From an uncultured Candidatus Saccharibacteria bacterium (GTDB lineage: Bacteria; Patescibacteriota; CALEFQ01): a stretch of 64,000 bases of DNA. A program made the translations under genes and the position numbers. Location: assembly GCA_965230955.1 (NCBI GenBank), contig OZ246404.1:782321-846320 (forward strand). The letters run 5' to 3'. How positions within the stretch are numbered: the stretch's first letter is position 1; each line of letters opens with the position of its first letter. Below, piece after piece: positions 38,911 to 49,433 of this stretch. The notes under the pieces were generated by a model, which was not told the DNA's origin, searched no databases, and was given only the letters and a program-made list of their open reading frames with translations.

Positions 38911-40452
38911 CTACTTTTTTAATTCCGCCTTATACTCCCGGGACCGTCCCCCATTCCCTGACTTTAGCGTCTCATAATCCGGCACGGCGTAAAGATCCAG
39001 TGTCCCGTCCAAGAAATTGGAAGAAACCAGCTTTTTCCCATCAGGCGATAACGCCAAGGCCGTCGGTTGGTTGCCACCGACAACCGCATCCAGCATCTGC
39101 CCCGTGTCAGTGTCAAAAACCAACACCGATCCCCAATCCGGGCCGGGCACATAATACGACTCGTCCGCGTTGGTACCGCGACAAGAGATGAACAATAATT
39201 TTTTATCCGGGCTAAGCACTATGGTATTCGGATTACTGTCGGTACCGGCCCATTTTTCGATTTCACCCGTATCTAAATGGTAGCGAAAAATTGCCGCTTC
39301 GGCCATGTCGGAAATATATAAAATTTGCCGATCTTCATCAGCCACAATGTGGCGCAGAGCCCCGCCGCTTTTGTACAGAACTTCGCTCGACAAATCATCG
39401 AGCTTGATCCGCTGAAGTTCGCCCTTATCAAACCCGGCGACGTATAAGTATTGTCCGTCTTTGGTCACGTAAACACTGCGCGGAGTGGCTACGGTCGGAA
39501 TCAATCTTTTGACCTCGCCGCTCACCAGATCAATTTCCGAAATATTGTTTCCCGACCAATTGGTGACATAGAGAACCCGCTCATCCGGCGACAGCTCCAA
39601 AATTTTACACCAGGTGCTCTTGGTCGGAAAGGATCGCAGAATTTCGCGCGTGGCGACATCGATTTCGTAGACCGTATCGGTTTCCATCTGGGAAATATAG
39701 GCCCGATCTCCCGCGCGATTAAAAACCACTTCGACTCCGCCGTTATCCTTGAGGTTGATCGATTGCAATTTTTCTCCGTCCGAAGCGCGAAAGACATTCG
39801 CGCCCGCCTTTTTGCCCATCAGCAAAGAAACCCAGATTTCCTCGCCGTTAGGCGTGAAAGCGGCACCCTTGGGCGAGGCGCCAGAAGGTGACTGCCACAA
39901 TAAATGGAGTAACTGCCCCGGCTTATCGAGCCATAAGTCTAAATCTCGATTTTGATCCAAAAAGTAAGTCTCATTCAACGTCTGATAGCCGTCAGCCGAG
40001 AGCTCAATTTTGATCTCTCCCGCACGAACAGTTTCACTGTAGGGCGTTTGCCCGCTCTTTTCACTTCCGTCAGGTAAAATTAATTTATAGTCTGCCTTTT
40101 TGGGCGTTGAAGTTAATGAAAACTCAAAATTCTGCGGCACTAAAGCAATTTCGCGCTCAATTTTCTGCCCGCGCTTAATTTCCACTTCTTCTTTGACCGG
40201 TTCGAAACCGACTCGAGCCACTTCAATCGTATAGCGACCAGGCACCACATTTTTCAGGGCCAGTTGACCCGCCGCCGATTCATCCCCTATTTTAATCTGC
40301 GCATTGACCGGATCGGCCGAGATAATAATTTCTCCGGTTCGAGAAAAATATATCCAAAGGCAAGTGGTAATAACCGACGCCACGATAAAAATCACGATCC
40401 ACATAATGCGCCGCTGGTGAGAAGCATAATTGTAATGCACGCGGTGGCTCAC
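38911..40452 (-). CDS. PEGA-domain and YVTN/YncE-like beta-propeller membrane protein
   Basis: TM, two PEGA-like segments, repeated SPD..LYV blades. Confidence 0.75.
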   Translation of the reverse strand: MSHRVHYNYASHQRRIMWIVIFIVASVITTCLWIYFSRTGEIIISADPVNAQIKIGDESAAGQLALKNVVPGRYTIEVARVGFEPVKEEVEIKRGQKIEREIALVPQNFEFSLTSTPKKADYKLILPDGSEKSGQTPYSETVRAGEIKIELSADGYQTLNETYFLDQNRDLDLWLDKPGQLLHLLWQSPSGASPKGAAFTPNGEEIWVSLLMGKKAGANVFRASDGEKLQSINLKDNGGVEVVFNRAGDRAYISQMETDTVYEIDVATREILRSFPTKSTWCKILELSPDERVLYVTNWSGNNISEIDLVSGEVKRLIPTVATPRSVYVTKDGQYLYVAGFDKGELQRIKLDDLSSEVLYKSGGALRHIVADEDRQILYISDMAEAAIFRYHLDTGEIEKWAGTDSNPNTIVLSPDKKLLFISCRGTNADESYYVPGPDWGSVLVFDTDTGQMLDAVVGGNQPTALALSPDGKKLVSSNFLDGTLDLYAVPDYETLKSGNGGRSREYKAELKK

Positions 40453-40457
40453 AAATT

Positions 40458-40526
40458 AAGTCAAAAGTCAAAGGTCAAAGGTCAAAAGTGCGTTTATCGA
40501 TACTTTTGACTTTTGATTTTTGACTT
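40458..40526. repeat. Inverted heptamer array (GTCAAA(A/G))n-spacer-(TTTTGAC)n
   Basis: aagtcaaaagtcaaaggtcaaaggtcaaaag...cttttgacttttgatttttgactt. Confidence 0.85.
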
Positions 40527-40613
40527 AGTTCTATTATACCCCATCCAGTTCCCCATTTCCACCCGATTTGTTATAATGCGCTTAAGACTAAAAGGCTTAA
40601 AAACAATAAAAAA

Positions 40614-43229
40614 ATGAACCTCAAAACATCGCTTTTGGTGGTAGCGTTCTTGGTTTTTGGCGCCGCTCTGCTTTTTACTTTGAGCGCACCCCGAGCTTCA
40701 GCCGCCACCACTTGGTACGTTGACGCCAATGTGGCCGCCAGCGGCGCCGGGACTGCCGCCAGTCCCTTTAAAACTATCTTGGCAGCCGTCAACGCCGCCA
40801 GCAGTGGAGATAGTATTTACCTGAAAAACGGAACATATTCACCATCCACTAATGGCGAAATCTATCCGATAAGTACCGGGAAGACTTTATATTTTGAAGG
40901 ACAAACCCAAGACGGCGTCATTCTTGATCCGGAAGTAGCCAATCCCGAACTGGCCATTTATATGTTTATGATGAACGGTAATAGTTCCTTCACCAAAATG
41001 ACCTTTACCGGATATTACAGCGTCCTTTTCCTGACCGGCGAGCATGCGGATGTAACTTACTGCACTTTCATGGGGTATTATGACGGCGCCATGCGAGCCG
41101 CCGGCGCGGTTTATTCTTTGGGCAGTGGCGATTACAGCCATAATATTTTTCACGATCACCGTAATTACACTTTATTTATCTACGGCGGCGCCTTCGGCAC
41201 CTTCGCAAACTTTTCCGCTACCATCACGAATAACAGATTCGAAAATGATCACGGATCACCTTATCCCAAAACTCCGATATCAATTTATTCCGTCGCGACA
41301 GCCTCGGAGACAAACAGGATGGAAATTACTGACAATATCATGTCCGGAACCGATGGCAATCAATTACTCTACGGCGGTATCCTGATAGCGGGGACATCCG
41401 CAGGGGAAAACGATTTTATCGTGGAGCGAAATACTATTTCAGGACATTTATTTGGCATGCTCAGTTTGACTGGCAGCGGCACAAGCGATTTTCAAGTCAG
41501 CAATAATTACATCATGCATAGCGATTCGACTTATCGCGACTATGGTAACGCCACCGGAATCATGATTTATGAAACCAGTGATTCCGCCATGACAGGAAAT
41601 ATCTACAACAATGTTATTTCCCAAAATGGTTATGGCTTATATATAAACACCGACAATGAAGGAACACTGCACTACGACAATTTCAACGTCACCAACAACA
41701 CTCTCTACGATATTTCTGAGCACGCCGTTTGCATCTATTCTGATACTTATGGATCATCCAACAAAACCACTCTAAACGCCAGAAATAATGCCATCCAAAA
41801 AGCCACTAACGGACTCTACAACGGCGGCACGGATAGTTATATAAAAAATTTCACCAGTGACCATAACGCTTTCTTTGACATTAGCCAAGAAAGTTATACC
41901 AATGTTATGCCCGGAGAAAATGACTTACTGAAAGACCCGGAATTCGCGGATAAAGATAACGCCGATTACTCACTCAATCCTTCTTCTCTTCTCATTGATG
42001 CCGGCACGTCGGAGTCTGCTCCGACCGACGACATTGAAGGCACCTCCCGCCCGCAAGGCCGAGGCATCGATATCGGCGCTTATGAATCGATCGATTGGAG
42101 CGGCATGTTCCGCATCGGCAACGGCTACATCGCCACGGCTCCGGCCTCCGCCGGTGGACCGCAATACAAATTCTTCAAATACGACGGCGCGCAAATCACG
42201 AAAGCGATTAACGCTTTCAATACCGACTGGCGCTCCGAATTCAAAGTGCAGACGGCAGACATCAATGACGACGGAGTTGATGAAATTGTCGCTTTTGCCG
42301 GAGCCGGAGTCGAACCCAAGTTACGAGTTTACAAAAAGAACGGTGATCGCTTGGCGGAAGTAACCGCTCTGAATTCCGGTTTCCGCGGCGGACTCAATGC
42401 CGTCACCGGCGATTTCAACAATGACGGCCGGATCGAGATCGCGGTGGCTCCCGCCAATTCCGGCGGTCCGCAAGTTCAAGTTTACCGCTACGAAAAAGGT
42501 AAATTGATTCTCATGACACAGTTCCTCGCCTACCCCGGCACCTTCCGCGGCGGACTCTCGCTCGCCGCCGGCGACACCGATGCCAACGGTTACCAATCGA
42601 TTATCACCGCCCCCTCGGCCGGCGGAGGACCGGATGTCAGAGTATACCGATACGAAAAAGGTAAATTTGTCAAAAAAGCCGCCATTCTGGCATACGGCAG
42701 CGGTAATCGAGACGGAGTCAATCTGACTTCGGTCGATATGAATCGAGACGGAAAAGACGAAGTGATCACCGCGCCGATAAACGGGAAAAGCAATGTCAGA
42801 GTTTATCGCGAAGAAAACGGCAAACTGAAATTGCTCGATTGGAAGATAGCTTACGGCGATACTTTTGCCGGCGGCGTCAACCTGAGTAGCGGTGATGTCA
42901 ATGCCGACCGGAAAGGTGAAATTGTCCTGACCCCGGCGCACTTGGGTGGTCCGAACCTGATGGTCTATCAGCTCAACGATCAGAATAAGCTGGAAAAAGT
43001 CACCAATAAGATTGTTTATTCCTCAAACATGCGCGCGGGTTACAAGACAGCCGTCGGCGATCTCAACGATGACGGTACCTCCGAAATCGCTATCGTCCCC
43101 ACCTCGCCTCAGACTGCCAATATCCAAGTGTTCACCATGGCCGGCAACAAACTCCAAAAAGTGAAAAGTTTCATGGCCTATGATTCGAAATTCCGCGGCG
43201 GGATTAATTTGGCGATTGGAGGAAGATAA
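40614..43229 (+). CDS. Secreted beta-helix (DUF1565/pectin-lyase-like) protein with FG-GAP-like propeller
   Basis: WYVD...PFKTI..A, Asn-rich beta-helix, SLLIDAG...DIGAYE, repeated GDxNxDGxxEI. Confidence 0.82.
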   Translation: MNLKTSLLVVAFLVFGAALLFTLSAPRASAATTWYVDANVAASGAGTAASPFKTILAAVNAASSGDSIYLKNGTYSPSTNGEIYPISTGKTLYFEGQTQDGVILDPEVANPELAIYMFMMNGNSSFTKMTFTGYYSVLFLTGEHADVTYCTFMGYYDGAMRAAGAVYSLGSGDYSHNIFHDHRNYTLFIYGGAFGTFANFSATITNNRFENDHGSPYPKTPISIYSVATASETNRMEITDNIMSGTDGNQLLYGGILIAGTSAGENDFIVERNTISGHLFGMLSLTGSGTSDFQVSNNYIMHSDSTYRDYGNATGIMIYETSDSAMTGNIYNNVISQNGYGLYINTDNEGTLHYDNFNVTNNTLYDISEHAVCIYSDTYGSSNKTTLNARNNAIQKATNGLYNGGTDSYIKNFTSDHNAFFDISQESYTNVMPGENDLLKDPEFADKDNADYSLNPSSLLIDAGTSESAPTDDIEGTSRPQGRGIDIGAYESIDWSGMFRIGNGYIATAPASAGGPQYKFFKYDGAQITKAINAFNTDWRSEFKVQTADINDDGVDEIVAFAGAGVEPKLRVYKKNGDRLAEVTALNSGFRGGLNAVTGDFNNDGRIEIAVAPANSGGPQVQVYRYEKGKLILMTQFLAYPGTFRGGLSLAAGDTDANGYQSIITAPSAGGGPDVRVYRYEKGKFVKKAAILAYGSGNRDGVNLTSVDMNRDGKDEVITAPINGKSNVRVYREENGKLKLLDWKIAYGDTFAGGVNLSSGDVNADRKGEIVLTPAHLGGPNLMVYQLNDQNKLEKVTNKIVYSSNMRAGYKTAVGDLNDDGTSEIAIVPTSPQTANIQVFTMAGNKLQKVKSFMAYDSKFRGGINLAIGGR

Positions 43230-43250
43230 TCGCATTTGCTATGCTATGCA

Positions 43251-43353
43251 GGGGTGGGCCCGCCGAATCGGCGGGCCACCCCTGCTTTTGCAATCGCATC
43301 AAACCGGCGTGCAAAACTAAAGCAGCGGCCCGCCGAATCGGCGGGCCGCTGCT
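43251..43353. repeat. Two hairpins with identical GGCCCGCCGAATCGGCGGGCC core between convergent genes
   Basis: ggggtgggcccgccgaatcggcgggccacccc and agcagcggcccgccgaatcggcgggccgctgct. Confidence 0.75.
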
Positions 43354-43373
43354 TTTCAGGTAGTCTAATTAAG

Positions 43374-44204
43374 CTAGATAAACTCCACCGTCTTCACAAT
43401 ATTTTCCAATTCTCCGAAATAATGATTGGGATTGGCCGCGTCGCCCCAATAAGTGAAGTGGTAATTGGCTTTCGGTCCCACGACAATCATGCCGAAGAAA
43501 TCACCCAAGGTACTGATGGAATATTTGACTACGGTTTTGTCACCAACTTTGGCCTGATAAGGCTTGTTGGTGAAAAATTCACCTTCTTTGGCGTTCAGCT
43601 CGGCGATCACGCGATCGGCGCTCTGCGCTTTTTCAAAAATCAGCTGTTCATTAATGCGCCCCCAACCGCCGCCTTCGCCCTGGCCAATCGGGCCAAATGA
43701 TATGCCTTCTGCCATTTCATCATAGGGATTGATACGAAAAGTGTCATTGCCCCACTTCGGATTGTAAGGAACTTCGAATTTAATGCCTTTGGCGGCATTG
43801 GTATAAGTGACGGTCGTAGTCGGCGGGTCGTAATTGAATTTCTCCGTACCGCAGCGATTAAGCGTCGCCGGGTTGCCGATATCGCAGTATTGCAGAGCCG
43901 TTTCGGTGGTCAGCAAAATACGATTATCCACCGCGGTCGGCGTCGGGGTTGGGGTGGGAGTCGGCGTCACGGTCACGCTGGGTACAGGAGTTTCGGAAAC
44001 CGTCGGCGTCACCGTTATTTCATTTCGGAGTTGACTGATTTCGCGCTCCAGGGCGCCTTTGGTGTCATTTTGCCACCAGAGAACTAAAACGACGACCAAC
44101 ACTATCGCGATCACCGCCACCGCCAAAATAATTATCCACAGATGGGATTTCTTCGGCGCCGCCGGCTGAGCGGACGGAATAGTGCCGGAAGGAACTTGAT
44201 TCAT
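43374..44204 (-). CDS. Single-pass membrane protein with PT linker
   Basis: TM, (PT)n linker, YTN...FEVPY..W pattern. Confidence 0.7.
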   Translation of the reverse strand: MNQVPSGTIPSAQPAAPKKSHLWIIILAVAVIAIVLVVVLVLWWQNDTKGALEREISQLRNEITVTPTVSETPVPSVTVTPTPTPTPTPTAVDNRILLTTETALQYCDIGNPATLNRCGTEKFNYDPPTTTVTYTNAAKGIKFEVPYNPKWGNDTFRINPYDEMAEGISFGPIGQGEGGGWGRINEQLIFEKAQSADRVIAELNAKEGEFFTNKPYQAKVGDKTVVKYSISTLGDFFGMIVVGPKANYHFTYWGDAANPNHYFGELENIVKTVEFI

Positions 44205-44308
44205 ATGAGAAAATTTAAGATTATGGCTCAATTATAAGGTATTCGGCCCCGGCGGTCAAAACACGATGAAAAAAGAACGGCCGATCGCCGCTCTTTTCGA
44301 CTAAATTT

Positions 44309-44959
44309 TCAGTTTTTCTGGTTTTGTTTGGCCGCCTGTTTTTCCCTCTGGAGATTTCTGATATGCCGCCAAACGTACCAGGCGATAAAGACCAAAATAA
44401 GTATCCCGATTGTCAAGTCAAAACTATGCAATGTTTGCCTGATTTTTTCCCAATTTGCGCCCATTTTCACTCCCAGCCAGGTGAACAGGATACACCAGGG
44501 CAAAGCGCCCAGAAAAGTATAGAAAGAAAATTTCTTGAGGTTCATCCGCGCGACTCCGGCGGGAAAAGAAATAAAAGTCCGCACAATCGGCAGGAGCCTT
44601 CCGACGAAGACGGCTAATTCGCCGCGTTTGGTGAACCAGCGATCCCCGACATCCAGATCATGCTTGGAAATCAAGACATACTTACCGTATTTTTCGATCA
44701 ACGGACGTCCGCCCTTCATGCCGATCCAATACGCCAAAAGCGAGCCACCCAGATTGCCGACAGTTCCCAAAATAGCCACCAGCCAAAAATTCATCTTGCC
44801 GGCTTCCACCAAAAATCCGGAAAACGGCATGATCACTTCCGAGGGCATCGGGATTCCGCAGCTCTCGATAAACATCAAAAAGAAAATCCCGCCGTAGCCC
44901 AGGAAATCGATAATTTGGACCACTAAATTAGCTAAAAAATCAATAATTTCTGCAAACAT
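44309..44959 (-). CDS. DedA family membrane protein
   Basis: ESCGIPMPSEVIMPFSG, GRLLPIVRTFISFPAG. Confidence 0.92.
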   Translation of the reverse strand: MFAEIIDFLANLVVQIIDFLGYGGIFFLMFIESCGIPMPSEVIMPFSGFLVEAGKMNFWLVAILGTVGNLGGSLLAYWIGMKGGRPLIEKYGKYVLISKHDLDVGDRWFTKRGELAVFVGRLLPIVRTFISFPAGVARMNLKKFSFYTFLGALPWCILFTWLGVKMGANWEKIRQTLHSFDLTIGILILVFIAWYVWRHIRNLQREKQAAKQNQKN

Positions 44960-45099
44960 AAAAAATAGGCTTTAGAGCTTAATACCGAAATTATATAGTA
45001 TCTCTCGGAAAAAAACAACCGCCGCTGGAAACACAAAGCCCAAAATTAAACGGCATTTTGGGCTTTAAGCTTTTAATTCGTTTTAAGCTTTAAGTTTTT

Positions 45100-47793
45100 T
45101 TAGGATATATCCGGATCAATAAAGATTGACATGTACGGTAGCTGCACTTCATTGAGCCGGTCAATCTGATCAATCAAATCCTGGCGAATGTCGGTATAGG
45201 CGGGAGTCGACATTTGGGAAGGAATCGTGCCGGTGATGAAGTATTCCGCCAGGAAGACCAAGGCACTGCCGGGTGAAGAGGCTACGCTGTAGGCAAAATC
45301 TTCTCCGAAAATCGCGCCGTATAGCTCGGCTTCGATCGTCCAGGTCAGCTGGAAAACCAGTGTGTGAGGCGAGAAAACCGCTGCCACGGAAATACCGGTA
45401 TCGATCGTGTCGCTGGCGATTTTTTCGGAGTACGCGGTTTCAAGTATCGGGTCATCGGTATTCGCCAGATTATAAACATCATAGGAAACTTCCACCACCC
45501 CGATCGCTACCGCCAACCCCACTGAAGCTTTTTTGGAAGTGATTTTGGCTAATTTCCCCGCCTTGCCCGCCATACCGACGGTGTTTTCACTGATCTGCAC
45601 CAACGATTGAACCGTCTGGGCTCCGGACAAACCGACTTGAACCGAGTAATAAACAGAGTTCACCGTATCCCCGTCTTTATAAGCGACCCAAGCCGACTGA
45701 CCGTTGGCGACCATCGAGGCGATCCCGTTGACCGCTCCCACTCCAGCCATCGCCGCTCCGTATTTGGGCGAGCGCGCCCAGTGGGTTGAGGGGAGCGATG
45801 AAACATCTTCTACCTTATTGATGGATGTAACCATGTTTTCCGTCAACGAGGCAAAGCTTTGAATCAGCCCGGCTCCGGATTGAACGTAGGTGGTAATCGT
45901 TTCGGTCATGTCCATCACTTCGTATTTTTCGTTGGCGCCGGCCGCGGGATTGTGCTTGACCACCCCTTGCCATTCCGACCGCTTCTGAACATTGGAACCG
46001 CTCTGGCCGCTGAAAAAGGAAAGCTCGCGCACATTGTTGTTCAAATCGGCAAAATCATGCAATTCCTCCGAGACAGTCTTGCTATTATTATTGGTGTTCT
46101 GATAAGTGATGTCCCGAGTCAAACCTTTTAGATCCCAAGCCAAATTCAGCGGAGTGTAATCGGTATTGTTACCGTTCTTTTCCACCCACACCGGCGTAAT
46201 TTTTATTTGGGCCGATGAACCGGTCGCCTTCTCTTTGGGGATTCGGAAAGTCGCCATGAAATTGGATCCGTCTTCCAGAGTCGCCGTTGCTAAGTTTTCG
46301 AAGTAAGTCGTGTTGTCATCATTATTGAAGTCGCCCGAAGGATAGAGAGAATAAATAAAGCCGGGCAATTTATAATGAGTATCGTCTTGGTAATTCATCC
46401 CGGCATAAGCCGAGGGCGAGTCAAACTGGACGGAAATCGACTGCTCCAGATTCGGTTTCAGCTTAATGGGATATGTCTGATAGCGGAAATAATTGTCATC
46501 CGCCGGATATTTTATCTCCGCGTTGTTTTTCAGGTAGGCTTTTTGGTAATCATTCAAATAATCGTAGTAAAAACGATATTCGTTCGGATGGAAAAATCCG
46601 GCCGCGAAGGTATAGGAATTATCCGCGTCAAGGTCGGCCCCGATTTCCGTATCGGCCACGGCTATCTCTTGAGGAGTGACGTCTTCCATTTCATACGCTT
46701 CGAAATGTTTGGCGGCAAAAACATTGTTGAGCGCCATTTTATAATGCTCTTGATCCATCACACTGTGCTTGGTGCCTTCATCGTAATAAGTGTCCAGATA
46801 TTCCATCCAGGAGGAAAAGAAACCGTAATGCTTATAATAGGTTTCCACCCAGCCGTCCAGGCCAAAAGCCTCGATCGGTTGGGTAATCCGGATCATGCCG
46901 ACTTTTTGGTTTTCCAGCCAGGCGGGAGTATTCGGCTTGATAAGCGGCGATAAATCTTTGCCGTCAATCACGCCATCGCCGTCGGTATCGGGATTGTTTT
47001 TATCGGTCTGGAATAAAAGCTCATTTTTATCAGTGACCAGATCGTTATCACTGTCTAAATCCGGCTGGAGCAAATCTCCCCCACCCTGGTTATTGCCGCC
47101 GTTATTATTATTTCCCCCGGTAGTGTCACCGCCGGTGGTATCGCCTCCGGTCGTATCCGTGCCGGAACCGGTCGTAAAATTTTTGACGCTGTCTTTGTTA
47201 AAAGCGAGATGGTTGTCGGAGGCGCCGGTGCGAACCGCTTTCAGGTAAAGCGTCGTTCCGCCACCGAGCGCGGAGCGAGGAATCGAGACGGAGCCGCGAC
47301 AAGTATAGCCGACCGGATCGGAAGCCGGAGAAACATTTTTCAGCGAGGCCGAAACGCTCGGCGAGCCGGCCGTGATCGGTTTGCTGTCATAGAAAAGTTT
47401 AAAATTGGCGTCAAAGCCCTTGCCGCCGTTGTAAGTATTGGTCGCCAGGACTTCCATCTGGACATCCAGATTGCCGTCACCGGCCGGGACATTGACCAAG
47501 CGCCATTGGGCATATTGCTTCAGCGCTTTATCGCGCACCCAATACCAGCCGCTGATCAAATCGCCGTTAGTCTCAAAAGCTTGCTGGGCCGTACCGGTAG
47601 TCGTGGTCCCGGTATCTCCGGGCGGCGGAGGCACAGTTGAAGCGGTCGAGGGCGTCGGCACGGGAGCGGCGGTCTCTTGAGCCACTTCCTTTTCCACTTC
47701 ATTGACCACTTTGTCGACCGTCGTCTGAGTGCAGGACGGAAAAAGAAGCAGAGAAAAAACCAGCAAGAGTGCGAGAGTGATGGGCTTTTTCAT
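45100..47793 (-). CDS. Large lipoprotein with Ca-binding DxDxDG repeats and hydrophobic helical C-terminus
   Basis: Lipobox LLFPSC, GGDTT linker, DSDNDLVTD and DTDGDGVIDG, Gly/Ala-rich helices at the C-terminus. Confidence 0.7.
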   Translation of the reverse strand: MKKPITLALLLVFSLLLFPSCTQTTVDKVVNEVEKEVAQETAAPVPTPSTASTVPPPPGDTGTTTTGTAQQAFETNGDLISGWYWVRDKALKQYAQWRLVNVPAGDGNLDVQMEVLATNTYNGGKGFDANFKLFYDSKPITAGSPSVSASLKNVSPASDPVGYTCRGSVSIPRSALGGGTTLYLKAVRTGASDNHLAFNKDSVKNFTTGSGTDTTGGDTTGGDTTGGNNNNGGNNQGGGDLLQPDLDSDNDLVTDKNELLFQTDKNNPDTDGDGVIDGKDLSPLIKPNTPAWLENQKVGMIRITQPIEAFGLDGWVETYYKHYGFFSSWMEYLDTYYDEGTKHSVMDQEHYKMALNNVFAAKHFEAYEMEDVTPQEIAVADTEIGADLDADNSYTFAAGFFHPNEYRFYYDYLNDYQKAYLKNNAEIKYPADDNYFRYQTYPIKLKPNLEQSISVQFDSPSAYAGMNYQDDTHYKLPGFIYSLYPSGDFNNDDNTTYFENLATATLEDGSNFMATFRIPKEKATGSSAQIKITPVWVEKNGNNTDYTPLNLAWDLKGLTRDITYQNTNNNSKTVSEELHDFADLNNNVRELSFFSGQSGSNVQKRSEWQGVVKHNPAAGANEKYEVMDMTETITTYVQSGAGLIQSFASLTENMVTSINKVEDVSSLPSTHWARSPKYGAAMAGVGAVNGIASMVANGQSAWVAYKDGDTVNSVYYSVQVGLSGAQTVQSLVQISENTVGMAGKAGKLAKITSKKASVGLAVAIGVVEVSYDVYNLANTDDPILETAYSEKIASDTIDTGISVAAVFSPHTLVFQLTWTIEAELYGAIFGEDFAYSVASSPGSALVFLAEYFITGTIPSQMSTPAYTDIRQDLIDQIDRLNEVQLPYMSIFIDPDIS

Positions 47794-47823
47794 AAGATTA
47801 TAGATTTAAGATATTGCTTAGCT

Positions 47824-47996
47824 AAAATCAAATAACAAATAACCAATATCAAATAAATTGCCAAAATTCAATTACCAAACAGATTTGCCTGAGTTTGTAT
47901 ATTGGAGCTTGCTTACGCAAACAATCTTGAAATCCAAACATTTTCAACATTGGTTATTGAATTTTACTTGATATTGGTTATTTATGATTGGATATT
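47824..47996. repeat. Inverted heptamer-period array ((C)AAATA(A/T)C-type)
   Basis: aaatcaaataacaaataaccaatatcaaataa ... ttgatattggttatttatgattggatatt. Confidence 0.7.
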
Positions 47997-48002
47997 ATAC
48001 TG

Positions 48003-48794
48003 CTATTCCTTCGGCCAAATCACGATAATCTTCTTGTCTCCGTGCTCAATATCTCCCCCGTTCCAATCATGCATGGCGTTCATCACTGTCTCAATTTTGT
48101 AAGTATATTTTTCGCCCAAACGAGTCCCGACATCGTTAGTGATGAAAGTCGTCGGGGTGTAGCCGCGGATGACGATAAAATGATAAACCGGTCCCGGCGG
48201 GGTGAAATTGGGATTGCCGAGCTGGCGCCCGGCGGTCGGGACCAAGACCGGCCGGCCCGCCGCAACATTGCTTTTAATATCTTCAACCGTCGGATCGCTG
48301 ATTATTTCGACGCGATCGTAGCCCCAATAGGCTTTGATCCAGTCGGCCGTTTCGGCGACATTGGTGTCTTTATAAAAGCCCAGATATTTATTTTCAAAAT
48401 CAACGATCGCCAGAATCTCTTTGTTGGCCAGATCAGACGTAAATTTTTTCCCCTCATAATAATAGTGCACGACCAGCGCCGCGGTTTCTTCACAAGCTTC
48501 CTGATATGGCATTCCCCAATTACCAAACGGCGCCTGGGAAGTAAAAGGAACGTCCAGCAAATGAGATTCCGGAATCGGTTCCGGTTCCGGCGTGGGCACC
48601 GGTACTTCCACCATGGCAGGTGTAGGGGCGTCCGGTTTACCCTCCGGAGCTTCAGCGGAGGAGGGCTGGCTGCCCTGATCAACACCGCCATCACCATCCC
48701 CAGTTTTCTCCGGGCACGCCAAAAAATACAGGCCAACCGCCAGGGCGATAATGACAATTAAAATACCGGCAATTTTCAGGTGTTTTTTCGGCAT
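48003..48794 (-). CDS. C39-like cysteine peptidase, membrane-anchored
   Basis: VPFTSQAP, QEACEE (Cys), YHFIVIRGY (His), TND (Asp). Confidence 0.85.
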   Translation of the reverse strand: MPKKHLKIAGILIVIIALAVGLYFLACPEKTGDGDGGVDQGSQPSSAEAPEGKPDAPTPAMVEVPVPTPEPEPIPESHLLDVPFTSQAPFGNWGMPYQEACEETAALVVHYYYEGKKFTSDLANKEILAIVDFENKYLGFYKDTNVAETADWIKAYWGYDRVEIISDPTVEDIKSNVAAGRPVLVPTAGRQLGNPNFTPPGPVYHFIVIRGYTPTTFITNDVGTRLGEKYTYKIETVMNAMHDWNGGDIEHGDKKIIVIWPKE

Positions 48795-48891
48795 GAAAGG
48801 TACCTCTATCCTAACAGAATCTTTGATCCTTTACAAAACATTGTGTTTATGTTAGATTTCTTCGATCCGAAATTTCGGAAAGGAGGATACT

Positions 48892-49356
48892 GTGAAAAAA
48901 AATACACTGGATATACTGATGTGTTTTTGGGTTCTTGCCGGTTGCGAAATTGAAAACGCTTCTACTTCGACTCCGAGCGAAAGCATCATGGGAGTGAAAT
49001 ACGAAATCAATCATTTGGGAAAAGTGATTGTGGGACCGGTTATCATCGGGTGTGATTTTTTGGGCGTCTTTGTCCAAAAAGACGATGATACCATCAAAAA
49101 ATTCATATTTTCGAACCAAGCTCACTTCCACAATTTGTTCGCCGGTGTTGTTCCCGGGCAAGCGCTCTATGAAGTTTGGTTTATAGAACCCCCCACCAGA
49201 AATGACAGAAATGACAGAATTTACCACTCTATCTTTTTTACCTTCCGCCCGAGTCCGGAACAAATTCTACCATTCATTCCGGAAGAAATGAGGAAGATCG
49301 AAACCCCCACTCCCGAACCCACAGTCATACGTCCGGAAAAAGAACCTGGCCAATGA
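48892..49356 (+). CDS. Hypothetical lipoprotein-like orphan
   Basis: TTTACA-17-TAGATT promoter, GAAAGGAGG SD, GTG start, LAGC lipobox, hairpin plus T-run after the stop. Confidence 0.6.
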   Translation: MKKNTLDILMCFWVLAGCEIENASTSTPSESIMGVKYEINHLGKVIVGPVIIGCDFLGVFVQKDDDTIKKFIFSNQAHFHNLFAGVVPGQALYEVWFIEPPTRNDRNDRIYHSIFFTFRPSPEQILPFIPEEMRKIETPTPEPTVIRPEKEPGQ

Positions 49357-49433
49357 CCGTTCGCCAAGACCGACCCACCCCAAAAAGGTGCGCCGGTCAT
49401 TTTTTATCATTTTACGTAGGGGCGAGCAATATT

